A stretch of DNA of 64,000 bases from Batkoa obscura (taxonomy: Eukaryota): assembly GCA_030770535.1 (NCBI GenBank), contig JASVEC010000018.1, positions 930,001 to 994,000 of the forward strand, written 5' to 3'. The notes beneath the pieces are model-generated. The model made no database searches. It worked only from the letters and a program-made list of their open reading frames with translations, and was not told where the DNA came from. Below are positions 12,201 through 25,754 of this stretch, one piece after another. Positions within the stretch are counted from its first letter, which is position 1. Each line of letters opens with the position of its first letter. Made by a program: the position numbers and the translations under genes.

Positions 12201-12292
12201 AACACTTTGAGTTAAAAGAACGATATTAAATTAAATTGTTTAATCTTCAGTTTACTTCATTTCTTATTTATACAACTAAATTGTTATTATAT

Positions 12293-12390
12293 GAGAATGT
12301 ATTTTTATGTTTAAGAACTTTGCTAACAATTCTTTCGCTCAAATAGCGCTTAAAAAATGGAAAAATAATGAAACCGAAAAAAACATCCCC
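12293..12390 (-). mobile_element. MITE copy
   Basis: GAGAATGTAT...ACATCCCC; ATAT TSD. Confidence 0.85.
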
Positions 12391-12955
12391 ATATGATTTT
12401 CGTATTCACTTAAGTGTTTAGATTTGATCACTTTAAGATTGTATGATAAAAGGCTTGGTTTTTCATATTAGATGATTAATGTATATGAATATTAACTAAT
12501 AGCAATAACTTATAATTTATTGGTTTTAATATTATATTTCAAATCTATAAAAATCGTTATCATGATATGAAAAATTCGAAAATCAATTTAATAGAAGTAA
12601 TATTTAAACATAATAGACTAGATTTAATTAAAGATAATCATTTGACAAGCTGTAGTAATCCTTTATAAATAAATATTATTGACTTAAATACACTTACTAT
12701 CTAAAGCCAATATATTATAATAAATTCAAAAATTAAATAAAACTTATCATCAAATCATTTAAATTGAATCTCATTAACAAATAGATTCAAATATATAACT
12801 TAATGAACATTACCAATTTATTTCTTTAGCATGTATCAAAATATAATTAAAATATCTCTATAACCAACCATCTTAAGTCGAATCGACCTTAATGCAAAAC
12901 AAATAGTTGATTTCTTTTGGTCTTACTAATCTAAGACCTTCTAGAATCTTCAAAT

Positions 12956-13533
12956 CTACTCTTTTTTCATTGCTTCAAATTTACAAAGATTAGAAACATA
13001 ATCCTTCATTTCAAAATCTTTACTAAAAAATTCAAACTTAGGTGGTACTTTGGATAAATCTAATTTGATATCCTCTATAAAATGTATTTAAAAAAAGAGT
13101 AAACATTTAATTCGATCTAGCTTTAAATTCATAAATAAATAAGCAAAAATAAAAGCACTTACTTCTTTTTGAATTATCTAAGATATGAAGTTCAAATTTA
13201 TCCAATTTATAATACTTTTTTAAATTCACTTTTTTATCATCTAATATTTTATAAATAACTCGACCGGTAGGTAATAATTTGTCATCATGTAAACTCTAAA
13301 TAAATCGAAATCAGCTCAATTAATCCCATAACATACATCGAAATAATTAAAAATGAAGAGCTAATTTAAAATCTTTCACTTACCCTATGCTGTTCAAATG
13401 TAATTACTTGGCCCTGAGTCATAAACCATTGATAAACTGTATTAATATCTTTCTTAGTTAAATAATTGGCACTTTGGATTTTGTAATTAATCTGTTGACC
13501 TAATGTTTGACCAAGGATTTTTAAATGAGTCAT
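12956..13533 (-). CDS. Hypothetical protein (~120 aa, 3 exons)
   Basis: ATG at 13533; two GTAAG...AG introns join into an open frame MTHLKILGQ...AMKKE*; no family recognised. Confidence 0.55.
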
Positions 13534-13671
13534 TTTTATAAAAGATTTAAAAACAGTGAAAAGAAAATATGTCCTTTTCTTATTTTAATTTTACTGCAAA
13601 ATAAAAAAATTAGAGAACTTCAATTTCAAAAAAATCAAAAGTATCTTTTTTAATAAAATTTTCAATCCTAA

Positions 13672-15086
13672 ATGAATAACTCTATAAAAGATCGAAAAAC
13701 GAATACTATATTTGTAGGTAAAAAGCAACATTTTCTTATTAAATAATAGACATATTCTAACCCTTAATTTAGGTGGCTTTGATGAACAAGTCAATGAACA
13801 GATATTATATGATACTTGCATTCCATTTGGAGATATAGTACAAGTACAAATACCGAGTAACCCATCGAGGTGTAAGAATGAATTTTTCACTATAAACAAA
13901 AAAATAAACCAAATTTATCCATCTTTAGGGTTAGTCCATCGAGGCTTTGGCTTTGTGGAATATGAAGATAGTGAAGATGCTTTAGCTGCTGTAGATAATT
14001 TACATTTATCCGAATTGTATGGTAAAGTTTTGAAAGTCAACATTGCTACTAATACTAGAGTCAATCAATATTCGATCAAAGCTGGTAAGTTTAGGGATTT
14101 TTATTGTTTTTGTGGGATTGGTTGATATTAAATATTTTTTATTTTAGTTTGGACTGAAGACTCTTGGTTACAAGAATATGGAACTAATAGACAAGAAGAA
14201 AATAGAATCGAAAATAAAAAGGAAGATGGGGATAAAAAAGAGGGGGAGAATAAGAAAAAGAATCCAAAGTAATTTAAAGTTTATTTTTACATTTATAAAT
14301 TAATAACAATTTTCAAAAAGAGTATTTTTTGATATTACAATTGGTGGTGAAACAGTAGGTAGAATAGTAATGGTATTAAGGGCTGATGTGGTACCAAAAA
14401 CAGCAGAGTAAATATTTTTTATTATTTTTATTATAACATTAATATTAATATTTTAATAATAGGAATTTTAGAGCATTGTAATTAATATAGTTTTATAGTT
14501 TTATAAGTAAAGTGTTAATATTTTTCAATAAGGTGTACTAATGAAAAAGGATATGGTTATAAGAAATCGGTATTTCATAGGGTAAATTGATAGTTCAAAA
14601 ATAAATACTAAATATTAATAGAATGTTTTAGGTAATACCAAAATTTATGTGTCAAGGAGGTAATAAATAATAAGCATATAAAACAATATTGAATAGCAAA
14701 TAATAACATTAAATAGGTGATTTTACAAATTATAATGGGACTGGTGGAAAATCGATTTATGGAAATAAATTTGAAGATGAAAATTTTCAGTTAAAACATT
14801 CAGGATTAGGTACTTTATCAATGGCCAATTCAGGTCCAAATACTAATGGTTCTCAGTTTTTTATTTGTACTGGACCAACAGAATGGTAATTTTAATATCA
14901 TATAATATATGTTAACAATATTAAATTATATATATTATTATATTACTTAGGTTAGATAATAAACATGTAGTATTTGGTTATGTAGAATCTGGTTTAGATG
15001 TAGTTAAAAAAATGGAACAGTTCGGTAGTGAAAGTGGTAAACCTCAACGTAAAATTACAATTATTGATTGTGGTGAATTGGAATAA
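13672..15086 (+). CDS. PPIE: RRM-cyclophilin (cyclophilin E / Cyp33), about 9 introns
   Basis: RRM (IPFGDI...HRGFGFVEY) followed by PPIase ([55 protein letters not shown]); includes a 15-nt exon at 14463-14477. Confidence 0.93.
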
Positions 15087-15156
15087 AAAAATTTAATAAA
15101 AAATAAGCTTATTATTTAAATTATATCATAAAAAATAAAAATAAAATAATTACTAT

Positions 15157-16107
15157 TTATTCTTCTCTTTTTATTTCTATAATTTCATCTGCCATAGCTT
15201 CAAGTTGAGGTTGTCTCAATTTAAGATTACTTGAAAAAAACTCCATCCAAATATCAACTTCTTCCTAATAAAAAAATAAACAACGTTTAGTCAATAGATA
15301 AGAATTTAATTACTTTTTTATGACTCATTTCATGACCTTTTCCTTTAATAATCTTCAATTTAATATATTCATCCCATTCTTTTGTCACCACATCCTTTAA
15401 TTTATTAATACTATTCGTATAAATAGCTTTAGTATTCTTTTCATCTTTATCTCCAATAATAAATAATAATTTGGTATCAAATCCCCTCATGCTGTGTTGT
15501 GTTTGTTTTTCTAGAAAACTATCTAAAGGTAAAGCAGCAATAGCAATGACTCCGCATAATGGTAATGGATATTCTAAAGCTAATTGTAAAGCCATTGTTC
15601 CTCCTTGTGAATAACCAAATAAAAAGGTATTATTGATTTTATAACCTTTACTTTGAGTGTAGTCTAATAATTCTTTTAATAAAGTTAAACTTTGTTGATA
15701 ACTTTTATCTCTATGTGTTATATTAAGTTCTAATTTTAAAATTTTAAATAAATAAACAATATTAATAAAAAATAAATAATGCTTACCACTTCCATCTTCA
15801 AGATTGAAGCTATCCCACCACATATACATCTCTTCATGATCATAAGTAAATGGTAATTTATAAGGTGCTTGTACGGATAATATACTGGATTGTGGTAAAT
15901 TTAGTTGTTTAGCTAAATTAAAATAATTTTTATTATTATCACCTAAATCAAACTTATTAAATATATTATTATAATATATAATATCATTAAAAATGATTTA
16001 CCTAAACCATGTAAAAATAGAATTAGATTTTCTTGGTATTGATCTTGAGTGTTATCTGTAAATTGAAATTTTAATTTTTGAAATTCTTTATTGTCTAATA
16101 TTTTCAT
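15157..16107 (-). CDS. Phospholipase/carboxylesterase (alpha/beta hydrolase, acyl-protein thioesterase-like), spliced
   Basis: FLHGLGD, GYSQGG nucleophile motif, GDKD and GKGH catalytic regions. Confidence 0.85.
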
Positions 16108-16261
16108 CTTTGACTAAAATAACTAAAACCTCATTAAAATTATCAAGAATACCAAGAGCTATTATAATTTCTAATGCTTGATGAAATCTTAATTGATTGG
16201 TCATTTTCTGAAACTATAAACTTTGATTTTTAATTATTTCTTTTTAACTAAAATAATAAAA

Positions 16262-17192
16262 ATGCAAAACCCTAACGAAGATACCGAATGGAATGATATT
16301 TTAAGAGCTAAAGGAATATTACCACCTAAAGAACCAAGTAAAGAAGAATTAGTTGAAAAAGCATTAGAAGAAGCCATAGAAGCACATCAAGCTAAACAAA
16401 ATAGTCATCAAAAATATGAGGATTATGAGTTAGATGAGTTAGATGAATTTGAAGATTTAGAAGACGAAAGTATTTTAAATATTTATAGGTAAGTTAAAGA
16501 GAAAAACAAATTAGTTATTTTGTGTAGTTATGAGGGGAATATATAACTGATTTTATTTTAATAGAGAAAAAAGACTTCAAGAGATGAAATTATTAGCTTC
16601 TAAACAAAAATATGGTGAAATTATTCAAATTAATCGACCTGATTTTATTCGTGAAGTAACTGAAGCTAGTGAACATGCACCTGTTATTGTACATTTATTT
16701 AAAGATAGGTAAACTTCATTACTTCTTATTCTTTACTGAATCATTTAATCAACTTTATTTATATTATTATAGTTATTTAGCTTGTCGTCAATTAAATCAC
16801 TATTTGTCCGAATTAGCTAGACAATATAAATCTACTAAATTTGTGAAAATAATTTCGGACCTTTGTATTGAAAATTATCCAGATAAAAATTTACCTACAA
16901 TTTTGTGTTATCATAAAGGAAACGTTAAACAACAATTAATTGGATTAGCTTCGAGTTTACATTCAGGTTGCAATTTATCAAAGAAAGGTAATTCTATTAT
17001 TATTATTTTGTTAGAAATAGACAGATTAATGATTTTATTATTATTATTGTTATAGAATTAGAAAATATTTTAATTGGTCATGAACTATTGGATATTCAAG
17101 AAAGTAGTAAAGATAAAATGGAAGAATATGAAGATGAAAGAAAAAGTATTCGTAATACTAACCTTTTAAATCAACAATTAGATGACTATTAA
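16262..17192 (+). CDS. PLP2: Phosducin-like protein (Plp2/PDCL3), 3 introns
   Basis: [23 protein letters not shown] start; KFVKI...[12 protein letters not shown]. Confidence 0.92.
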
Positions 17193-17384
17193 AATAAACT
17201 TGAACCTAAAACTTATCTATACTTCTTTATTATACAATAAAACCCAAATTATTTTATTTTATATACTTTTTATTTAATATAAAAAAGTTTTCATAATTCA
17301 TTCATATACTCTATTCTATTTATATTAAGCTTTATCATTCAGAAAAAATAACTTTAAAACATAAATTCGCAACTATCATTATCT

Positions 17385-18026
17385 TTATACTATTTCTTTA
17401 TCATCCTCTACTTTTTCTTCTTCTTCATCTTTATCCTCTTCATCTAAATTCATATTTTGTAAAATTAATTCTGCAACTTCTTCATGACCTGCACCTTTAG
17501 CTTCTGTAAAAGCAGTTCGACCCATTTCATTTTTAATCTATACAATTATAATTAATCATTAACTTTCAAAAAATCTCAAAAGGATCATAAAAATCATAAA
17601 GAGATCCGAACTTACCATTAAGTCTGCTCCATTTTGAATAAAACACTCTACTACTTCTCTATGACCATTCATGGCTGCCCAATGGATTGCTGTGTTTCCA
17701 TTACCATTTACTTGATTAATTCCATTACCTTCAGGTCTGGATAATAAATATTCAATTATATCTATATATAAAATTATTTCTTATTAATAATCGAATTACT
17801 AACATCTTTACTCCTCTTATAAAAATTGATTTATTATCATTATTAAAATTAATAACTTACCTAAATGACCATTAGCCCCAGCCATATGTAAAGCGGAATT
17901 TTGATTGAAACCTTTGGATTTTAACAAACTTGGTCCCACTTTTATGAGTAATTGTTTTAATTCATCTAGATCACCATAGCGAGCATAGTTTATAAATTCC
18001 ACTTCATAATCACCAAGTTCAGTCAT
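17385..18026 (-). CDS. Ankyrin-repeat protein, Yar1-like, 2 introns
   Basis: ARYGDLDEL, SALHMAGANGH, GNTAIHWAAMNGH, acidic tail. Confidence 0.8.
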
Positions 18027-18614
18027 TATAATTATCAACCTTGAGTTATGTTTTTTTTAGAAACGAATTTTAGATATTTTTCGAAATATTCAATTTGTTG
18101 AATTCTATTAGAATCTAATTGGAACCAATTAAGATCAAGCAATTTTTATTAGAAGAAATGTTACTTAAAAAAAATGCTTTAACAAACAGGATTTTGATTA
18201 TAGAATGAAGAATCGATTATTAAAAGATAGTAATAATGTATTATTTCATTTTGTTAAATCCCTAAATAATAAAAACATACTTTTTAAAAAAATCACATAA
18301 ATACACAACTATATAATAGTTACTTCTAATACTTTAATACAATATAAAAGTAAACAAACTATCTTATTTTCATCTAATCTGCACAATTAACCACTTGAAA
18401 ATGAACTAGTTAATTAACCAAAATAAGGAATTTTTCTAATTCTTCAGTTTGAAAATGAATAAGCCATAAGTTAAGCAATTATAGAATTCCACCAATTGGC
18501 AACTTCGCTTTAAGCTCCACATTTCAGCTGATAAGTAATGTATAAAAAAAGAGTCACAAAATTTGAAATTGAAAGTTTTTATACTGAAATAAATAAAAGA
18601 TAAAGAAATAAAGA

Positions 18615-19507
18615 ATGTCATCCCCAAAAAGAAGAATTGAAACAGATGTAATGAAGCTGTAAGTAATTTATTTTTAACGATAATAATAAAATATATTTCT
18701 ATAGTCACTTATTCACTATTAACCTTTTTACCTTTTCTAAATTAGCTTAATGAGTGATTACGATGTCAATTTAGTTAATGATAATATGCAAGAATTTTAT
18801 GTAAGGTTTATTGGACCTGATGATACACCGTATAAAGGAGGTATTTGGAAAGTTCATGTGGAATTACCGGATCAATATCCATATAAATCCCCTTCTATTG
18901 GGTTTATGAATAAAATATTTCATCCCAATATTGATGAATTGTAAGTTGAATTTGATTTATTTTTTAATTTAAGATAAAAATAATTATAAATCATGAAAAA
19001 GAGCGAATAATATTTGATATTAATATTTGATATTAATAATTTTTTATAGAAGTGGTTCCGTTTGTTTAGACGTTATTAATCAAACTTGGAGTCCAATGTT
19101 TGGTAAGTTGAACACTATTCTTATTATTATAATAAAGTGTGATAAAGTTCTAAGGATGGAATCTAATTTCTCTTTTTAATAATATAGATATGATTAATAT
19201 TTTTGGAGTATTTTTACCTCAACTTTTACGTTATCCAAACCCAACTGATCCACTTAATGGTGAAGCAGCAAGTTTATTAATGAGAGACCCTACCGGTTAT
19301 GAACAAAGAGTCAAAGGTAATTAATAAATATATTCAAATACATCATAATTATAATGCTAATTAATGAATAAATTATAAATAGAGCATGTGGTACGTAATG
19401 CAACTAAAGAAGCATTTGAAGAAGCTACTAATCAAGAAAGCAGTGATGAAGAAATGAGTCCAGTCGAAGATTTTTCAGATGATGAAGCGGATAAATTAGA
19501 ACTTTAA
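18615..19507 (+). CDS. UBC8: Ubiquitin-conjugating enzyme E2 H (Ubc8), spliced
   Basis: [53 protein letters not shown]. Confidence 0.95.
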
Positions 19508-19917
19508 ATATAAGTTAAGTTAGCGATTTAAGTTGTTACTTGACTCTCTTTTTTTCTCCCTTTGTATCGTTAATAAATTTTACTATTTTATTTTATTTTA
19601 TTTTAAGAACAAATATACTAGTTTGATATCTGATGATTAAAAGAATGTTTGGAGTTGAATTTATTATTTTTATTAGCTTAAAAAATTTAACAGGACTAAA
19701 CATTCAAGTTTAATAAACTCGAAACTTGACAATAAATGAGGTAAGTATTAATTTGATTTCAACTATTCTAATTTAAATTGTGACTATTTTAAACATAATT
19801 TGTAATATTTTAAAAATACAGGATAAATAAAAAAACAATTAAAGCTTTTATGTTTTTATTTAAAAACTAAGCCCTAAATAGATACTCAAAAAGCTACAAT
19901 CACCCAACCAACCCTAT

Positions 19918-20361
19918 TTACACTTGTTTTATCTTTCCCAGAATTCTAGGACCCATCCTAATAATTTTTCTTTTTAGCATTAACTTATCTCCTTCCTCTA
20001 TACCATCCCCACTTACTACACATTTACTGCCCGATTTACTTTTAAAACAAGAGAATTGATCTAAATTAATATAATATTCCTTTTTTCCTCTCTTATTAAT
20101 GAGTAAGATTTGTTCGTCTGTGCATAGAGCTATTCGTAATTGATTACGATTTAATTTTAATGATGGAGAAGAACAATGACTTCTGTTAGTACTACATAAT
20201 AAAGAAACACTCTGAGAAGTACGTACGTTACTTGGAATACTGATACTGCAATCACATTGTAAATTATTTTCCATATCTGTTATTATACTACAATCATAAT
20301 TCAAAGAAAGGATACAACTTGTTAGATAGAGAAATAACAATATCAAATAATAATGACGCAT
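19918..20361 (-). CDS. Small secreted Cys-rich protein (divergent member of the 8-Cys family)
   Basis: Signal-peptide-like N-terminus; 8 mature Cys with CxC and C-x24-C-x8-C spacing shared with 47897/52314/57150. Confidence 0.7.
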   Translation of the reverse strand: MRHYYLILLFLYLTSCILSLNYDCSIITDMENNLQCDCSISIPSNVRTSQSVSLLCSTNRSHCSSPSLKLNRNQLRIALCTDEQILLINKRGKKEYYINLDQFSCFKSKSGSKCVVSGDGIEEGDKLMLKRKIIRMGPRILGKIKQV

Positions 20362-20714
20362 TTTAATTGATTATTTATTTTTGTGTTTTAATTTTGTGTT
20401 TTAATTTTGTATTTATAAAATAGAAATAAAAATGAAGAATTGAACTTATTTTTTTAACAAATGCATTTTTAAAGTGAAAGCATTAAAAGCGGACAAATTT
20501 AATTGTTATTTAAATGGAAGAATTAAGTTCAAATTTATCCTTCATTTTTATTGTTTTTAAAAGTTGAATTTTTTAATGAAAATAGTAAAAATGTTGGAAC
20601 TATAACACGATTCAAATTAAACAGCATATAAATTTTTTATTTAAATAAGAGTTATAAAAAACATAGCAAATCAACAACATAATAAATATACACAACAGCT
20701 TCTAATCTTACAAT

Positions 20715-22382
20715 TTACCAATCATTCAATTTATCTACTAAATCTAAATTCTTAACAGGTACTAAGGGAGAAGAATTAGATGTAATAGCTGGTCTTAAAT
20801 TCATATTGAAATTATATGGTTTCCAAGATCTTGGGGTAGAGTTACCATTAGAGCTATAGCTATATACTCCACTATTACTCTTATTTGAATAACTCATACA
20901 TTTATAATAATTATTGTTATTATAATTATTACTATTACTATTATTACTACCATTCGATGTAAAACTACTTTCATTTTTATAAGTTGATGTAGATGAATAA
21001 TTTGGTGTTGATGGTATAGATTTATCTTTACATCTATCTGAACAATAAGCTACTCTAGTAGGTAAATTAGGATGACCTTGACATGGACGATATTCTACTC
21101 CTTCAACAAATTCAGATACATAAGGTGAATTACAATATCCACAAGGACGTGCACCATTACCTAATATTTTTAATACAGTACGTGGTAAAGAACCTTGTCT
21201 TAAATGTAAACCATGAGATAATATAACGCGAGCAGTCATTTCTTTTAGAGATGGAATCATAGGAATTGGATTCATTTGTTGAGGTGTTGAACATAAAGGT
21301 GGAGAAGTTATTGGGGTTGAATTATTAGAAGTTAATTGTAATTGATGTAAGCGTTCTACTAATTGAGAAGGTGAAATAATTGAGTTTTTGTAATTTGGGG
21401 TGGATAAACCAGAATGAAAATTCGAATGAAATTGAGAATTGATACAAGAAATTGAACTTGTTGAGAAATCACCAATAGAACTTAATTGTAAGTTACCTTG
21501 AGTCATTGGATTACCTGTTAATGATAAGGATGTTTTATTCATAAAATTGATTATATCTCCAGGTATGACACATAAACAATTATTAGACAAATTTAAACTA
21601 GTTAACTGTTCTAAATCTACAATTTCAATAGGTAAATAAGATAATTTATTGTGTGATAAATCTAATAATTTCAATTGTTGACATAACCCAATAGATGTCG
21701 GTAAATAAGTTAATTGATTATTAGTTATATTTAAATATTGTAATTTAGATTGTTTATAGCCTAAATCAAAGGGTAATTCTTTAATATAATTATTGGAAAT
21801 ATCTAATACTTTTAGTGACTCTAAATTAGATATGACTTTATTGGGAATAGATTGTAGTTGATTTCCGCCGATACTACTACCTAACATTAAGGTTTCTAAT
21901 GATTTTAAATGACAAAATTCCTCGGGTAGTGATGGAATACAATTTTCACTTAACCTTAAACACTTCAAATTTCTTAAAGAATAACAATAAGATATTGGAA
22001 AGGGTTCATTTAATTGATTACGAGATAAATTCAATGTAATTAAATTACGAAAGTTAATTAATTGTTGTGGAAACCTGGTTAATTGATTTGATGATAAATT
22101 CAATACTCTTAAATTGTTGAGATTATTCAACTGGGAAGGAAACTCAGTTAATGAGTTATAAGATAAATCCAACTCTAATAAATTATTTAATAAGTTGTTA
22201 CTATTTAAGTTGTTTGTTATACAACTGCTTAAGAATATATTGATTGTGTAATTTAAATGATTATCATCATATCTTCTCTTCCTAAATGACATGGTAACTT
22301 CATCATATTGTAATCCGTTATTATAATTCATAGCTGTCTTTGTTGATACATTATAATTATAGTTAGGTTGTATTTGAATCAT
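20715..22382 (-). CDS. Leucine-rich repeat protein (LRRC58-like architecture), intronless
   Basis: About 9 LxxLxLSxNxL repeats, PSLKEMTARVI BC-box-like motif, Cys cluster CGYC...CQGH...CSDRC. Confidence 0.85.
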   Translation of the reverse strand: MIQIQPNYNYNVSTKTAMNYNNGLQYDEVTMSFRKRRYDDNHLNYTINIFLSSCITNNLNSNNLLNNLLELDLSYNSLTEFPSQLNNLNNLRVLNLSSNQLTRFPQQLINFRNLITLNLSRNQLNEPFPISYCYSLRNLKCLRLSENCIPSLPEEFCHLKSLETLMLGSSIGGNQLQSIPNKVISNLESLKVLDISNNYIKELPFDLGYKQSKLQYLNITNNQLTYLPTSIGLCQQLKLLDLSHNKLSYLPIEIVDLEQLTSLNLSNNCLCVIPGDIINFMNKTSLSLTGNPMTQGNLQLSSIGDFSTSSISCINSQFHSNFHSGLSTPNYKNSIISPSQLVERLHQLQLTSNNSTPITSPPLCSTPQQMNPIPMIPSLKEMTARVILSHGLHLRQGSLPRTVLKILGNGARPCGYCNSPYVSEFVEGVEYRPCQGHPNLPTRVAYCSDRCKDKSIPSTPNYSSTSTYKNESSFTSNGSNNSNSNNYNNNNYYKCMSYSNKSNSGVYSYSSNGNSTPRSWKPYNFNMNLRPAITSNSSPLVPVKNLDLVDKLNDW

Positions 22383-23727
22383 ATTAAATTTTCGATAAAA
22401 ATACTAACTTGTTTCTTTTTTTATTAAAAGTTGTTTACTAAAAATCCTATTCTTTTATACTAATCTGATAAACCTCTCTACTCTCTACCAATGAAATGTA
22501 ACTCTACAAATCAGATAAGGAACAAAAGAAATATTTGAGATTTATTGGCTATAAGATTTAACTTCTTAAACTTAATTGGTGGTTCTTTGTGAAAAAAGGC
22601 ATTGACCATCTTTATAATAGTAACTTGGAAATGATCTTAAGGTATTTTTTTTAATCTAATTTTAACCTTAATCCAACATTGTTGAACTAATAAAGCCATT
22701 AAATTCCAATCAAATCAGATAGATTGAAATTGAGTCAACAATTATCACTCCGTGATAATTTTATTAAAAATGGGGTAACATAAGTAACTAAATTTAGTAA
22801 AATTACTTAACAACTTTAATAATGCTTCTTAAATTTCAAGCTCCGAATTACACTATTAATGATTATTAATTTCTATGCCTTCATAGTTTTGTTTTAGAGT
22901 CAGGATTATTAAGTGTTTGATATTAGATAATGTGAATTATATTAATAATTGAATGAATTTCAATCCTGTATAATGTATTAAAGCGCAATATACGATAATA
23001 TCTGTTAATAATTTAGCCTTTTTGCACTTTCATTCATTTTCTTTCATTTATTTTCTTTCATTTATAATTATTTATAATTATTTATAATCTTTCTTATAAT
23101 GTTTACAAATTCTTTTATTAAATACTAACTCATTTTGAAAATGATCTAAGATTATACTAAGATTATTAGTGTTGATTATTGTATTATAATAATTTCTTTT
23201 TTATTTAAATCTTAAAGTTTTTAAGTTTAAATATCGAGTACATCTAAAAACTATGTTTAATAATAATATTCAATGATTCAAATTATAAATTATAAATAAA
23301 CTTCAACTATTAAGTCTTATTGTCATTATTAAAGCATAGTTATCGTCAAGCTATGATTAATATTCATTATTTAAATTTTTTACTGTTTTTTATGACCGTT
23401 TACAATTATTTATATTTCTCTTTCTAATATTTATAAATTCATTTATTAGATACGACTTTTTTTGTTTTAATAACAATTAATTTAAGATCAAAACACACCC
23501 TTCAGTAAGTTATTTGCTTGCAATTACTAAATGCCAGGATTTTATACATTTTTAAGAAAAGTGTAGAAGATTATTAATAGCAGTTTGTTTCAAAATAATA
23601 GTTTTTTTAAGTTCCGATAATATCAATAATGATTTTACCATTTGTTTCATAATAAGATTTGATAAGATTTAAAATAAGATTATAAATAAACTCTATTTAA
23701 ATTTGATACCATAAAATATCAAAATAT

Positions 23728-23832
23728 GGGGATGTATTTTTGTGTTTAAGAATTTTACTAACACATCTTCCGCTCAAATAGCGAAATAGCGCTTGAAAGT
23801 GAAAAAAGTAATGAAATCAAAAAAATATCCCC
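23728..23832 (-). mobile_element. MITE copy with internal 8-bp duplication
   Basis: GGGGATGTAT...ATATCCCC; ATAT TSD; AAATAGCG twice. Confidence 0.85.
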
Positions 23833-24297
23833 ATATGGTAATAATAACTGGGGATCATCATCCGTTATTTTAGCTTGCTAAGTTACTTTATCTTTAATAT
23901 TTATAATTAACTATAAATCAATACATCAGATAATTATTATTGTATTGAAAATAATCTAAACCATAACAAAACTACTGATATTAAATTTTGTTTTACAATA
24001 ATTTTAATTTATATTAAATAAACTATAAATTTAATTAATAATTTAAATTTAAATTTAAATTTTAGTTTATTAATCAAAAACAATAGGGATGTCCAAATTA
24101 GTTTTAGAATTTAGTTAAAATTAATCCAAATTAAATTTTTAAATTTATTCTTAATATATGATTAGTTAAAGGGTTCACTTAAGTTTTTTATAGTAGACTT
24201 TCAAAATCCTGGGAGGTTGAACCCGACTGTCTTATTTATGCAATAGTTTATTTTTATGACACCAAATGTGATATACATTATAAGAGGGTTCTTTTAT

Positions 24298-24767
24298 TTA
24301 CATGGATTTGGTACCATAATCTAAATTAAAGAGAAGGGGGATAGTAATTGAGTTTGATACGAGTGAAATAATGAAAGATATAAGATTAGCTAAGAAACCA
24401 ATCACAAAAGCGACAGCATGAATTGGTATTTTGTCAAACATATAAGCCGGAACAAAAACAGATCTAGCAAAAGGATAAACCAAAGAGATCACAGTTTCAG
24501 CAACTCTACTGCTATTGTCATTACCAATTTTGTTTATCAGTATAGAAAAACCGAACCAATAGAATCTTCACTCAAACTTTTATAAGCATAAAGCAAGCGT
24601 TATACAAATTCTGATAAATTTTTATACTGTCCATGAGGATTATTAGTACTAAAGCTATCATTTTCTTGCCTTTGGGTTATCTTTACTGGAATCATACATA
24701 AGAACCAGCTAAGGAAGAGAATAAAGCAGACAACGAATTGAACTTTATCTTCTGGTTAATGATACAT
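24298..24767 (-). pseudogene. Probable MAPEG-family membrane protein pseudogene
   Basis: Reconstructed TM-...FSTNNPHGQYKNLSEFV*RLLYAYKSLSE...VYPFARSVFVPAYMFD-TM with stops and a frameshift; resembles the MAPEG NxxPR...R..A.AH.N..E...Y..AR..Y pattern. Confidence 0.5.
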
Positions 24768-25073
24768 TTCTAATTATTTATAATATACAATTTCACTTTT
24801 TTTAATACTTTCTAATCTTTGTTCTGAATGAAAATAAATTTAGTGGCTAATATAGACTAAGCTAACTACTGATGATGGGACTGTTAAAAATAATAGCAGT
24901 TTTTTTTGGTTACACGATCCCCTTAAGCTGTTATTTAAATCAAACTGAAGCGGTCTATTTAAGGTTTTATATATCTTTCGCTTTAATATTTGGAGATATT
25001 TTTCGTCTGCTCCAGTATTTAGTAATAATTTCACTCTATGTTGCATAAAAATGCACAAATAAAACTAAAAAAT

Positions 25074-25170
25074 GAGAATGTTTTTTGGCTTCACTACTTT
25101 TTCCATATTTTAAGTGCTATTTGAGCAGAAAAATTATTAGTAAATTTCTTAAACAAAGAAATACATCCCC
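25074..25170 (+). mobile_element. MITE copy
   Basis: GAGAATGT...ACATCCCC; flanks AAAT/AAAC. Confidence 0.82.
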
Positions 25171-25754
25171 AAACTCTTATTTTTTTGATTACTTTGACTA
25201 AATACACTGTTTTAAGATCTAATTAGAGACTTCTTGACCATTTATTTAAAATAAAGATTAGGCTAAAAATTAAACTCGAACAGATTAGCATGCTTCTTAA
25301 AAATTATAGTATAATTTTTTACTTAATAATGTTCAAGAAAGCGGATAAATAAATCCAAAAAAGCATATCAAAATGGTTAGTTCCTAGGAATAAATACAAT
25401 CAGATTGCTGGATAGTTGAGCCCGTTTGAACATACATACTATTTTTTATAAAATATGTTGACAAAAATTTATTTCCATATATTCCTTTTTGTTATTTATA
25501 TAACAACTATACCAATAAACTTACTTATTAAAAGTACACTAGGATTGTTTAAATGAAAAATAAAGGTGAAAGTAAGAAAAAGTTAAATAATCGAAAAAAG
25601 GTAACACAGTTTCCGTAATTAATAAGAATAAAACAATAACTAGGTCAAGCTTGAATAAATTTTAATTAACTATAATAATAAACTTGAAATTAAGCTACTG
25701 TTTATATAAATATAGATTGCTTTATAGGATTGTTTTACGAAAATCAACGCAAAC

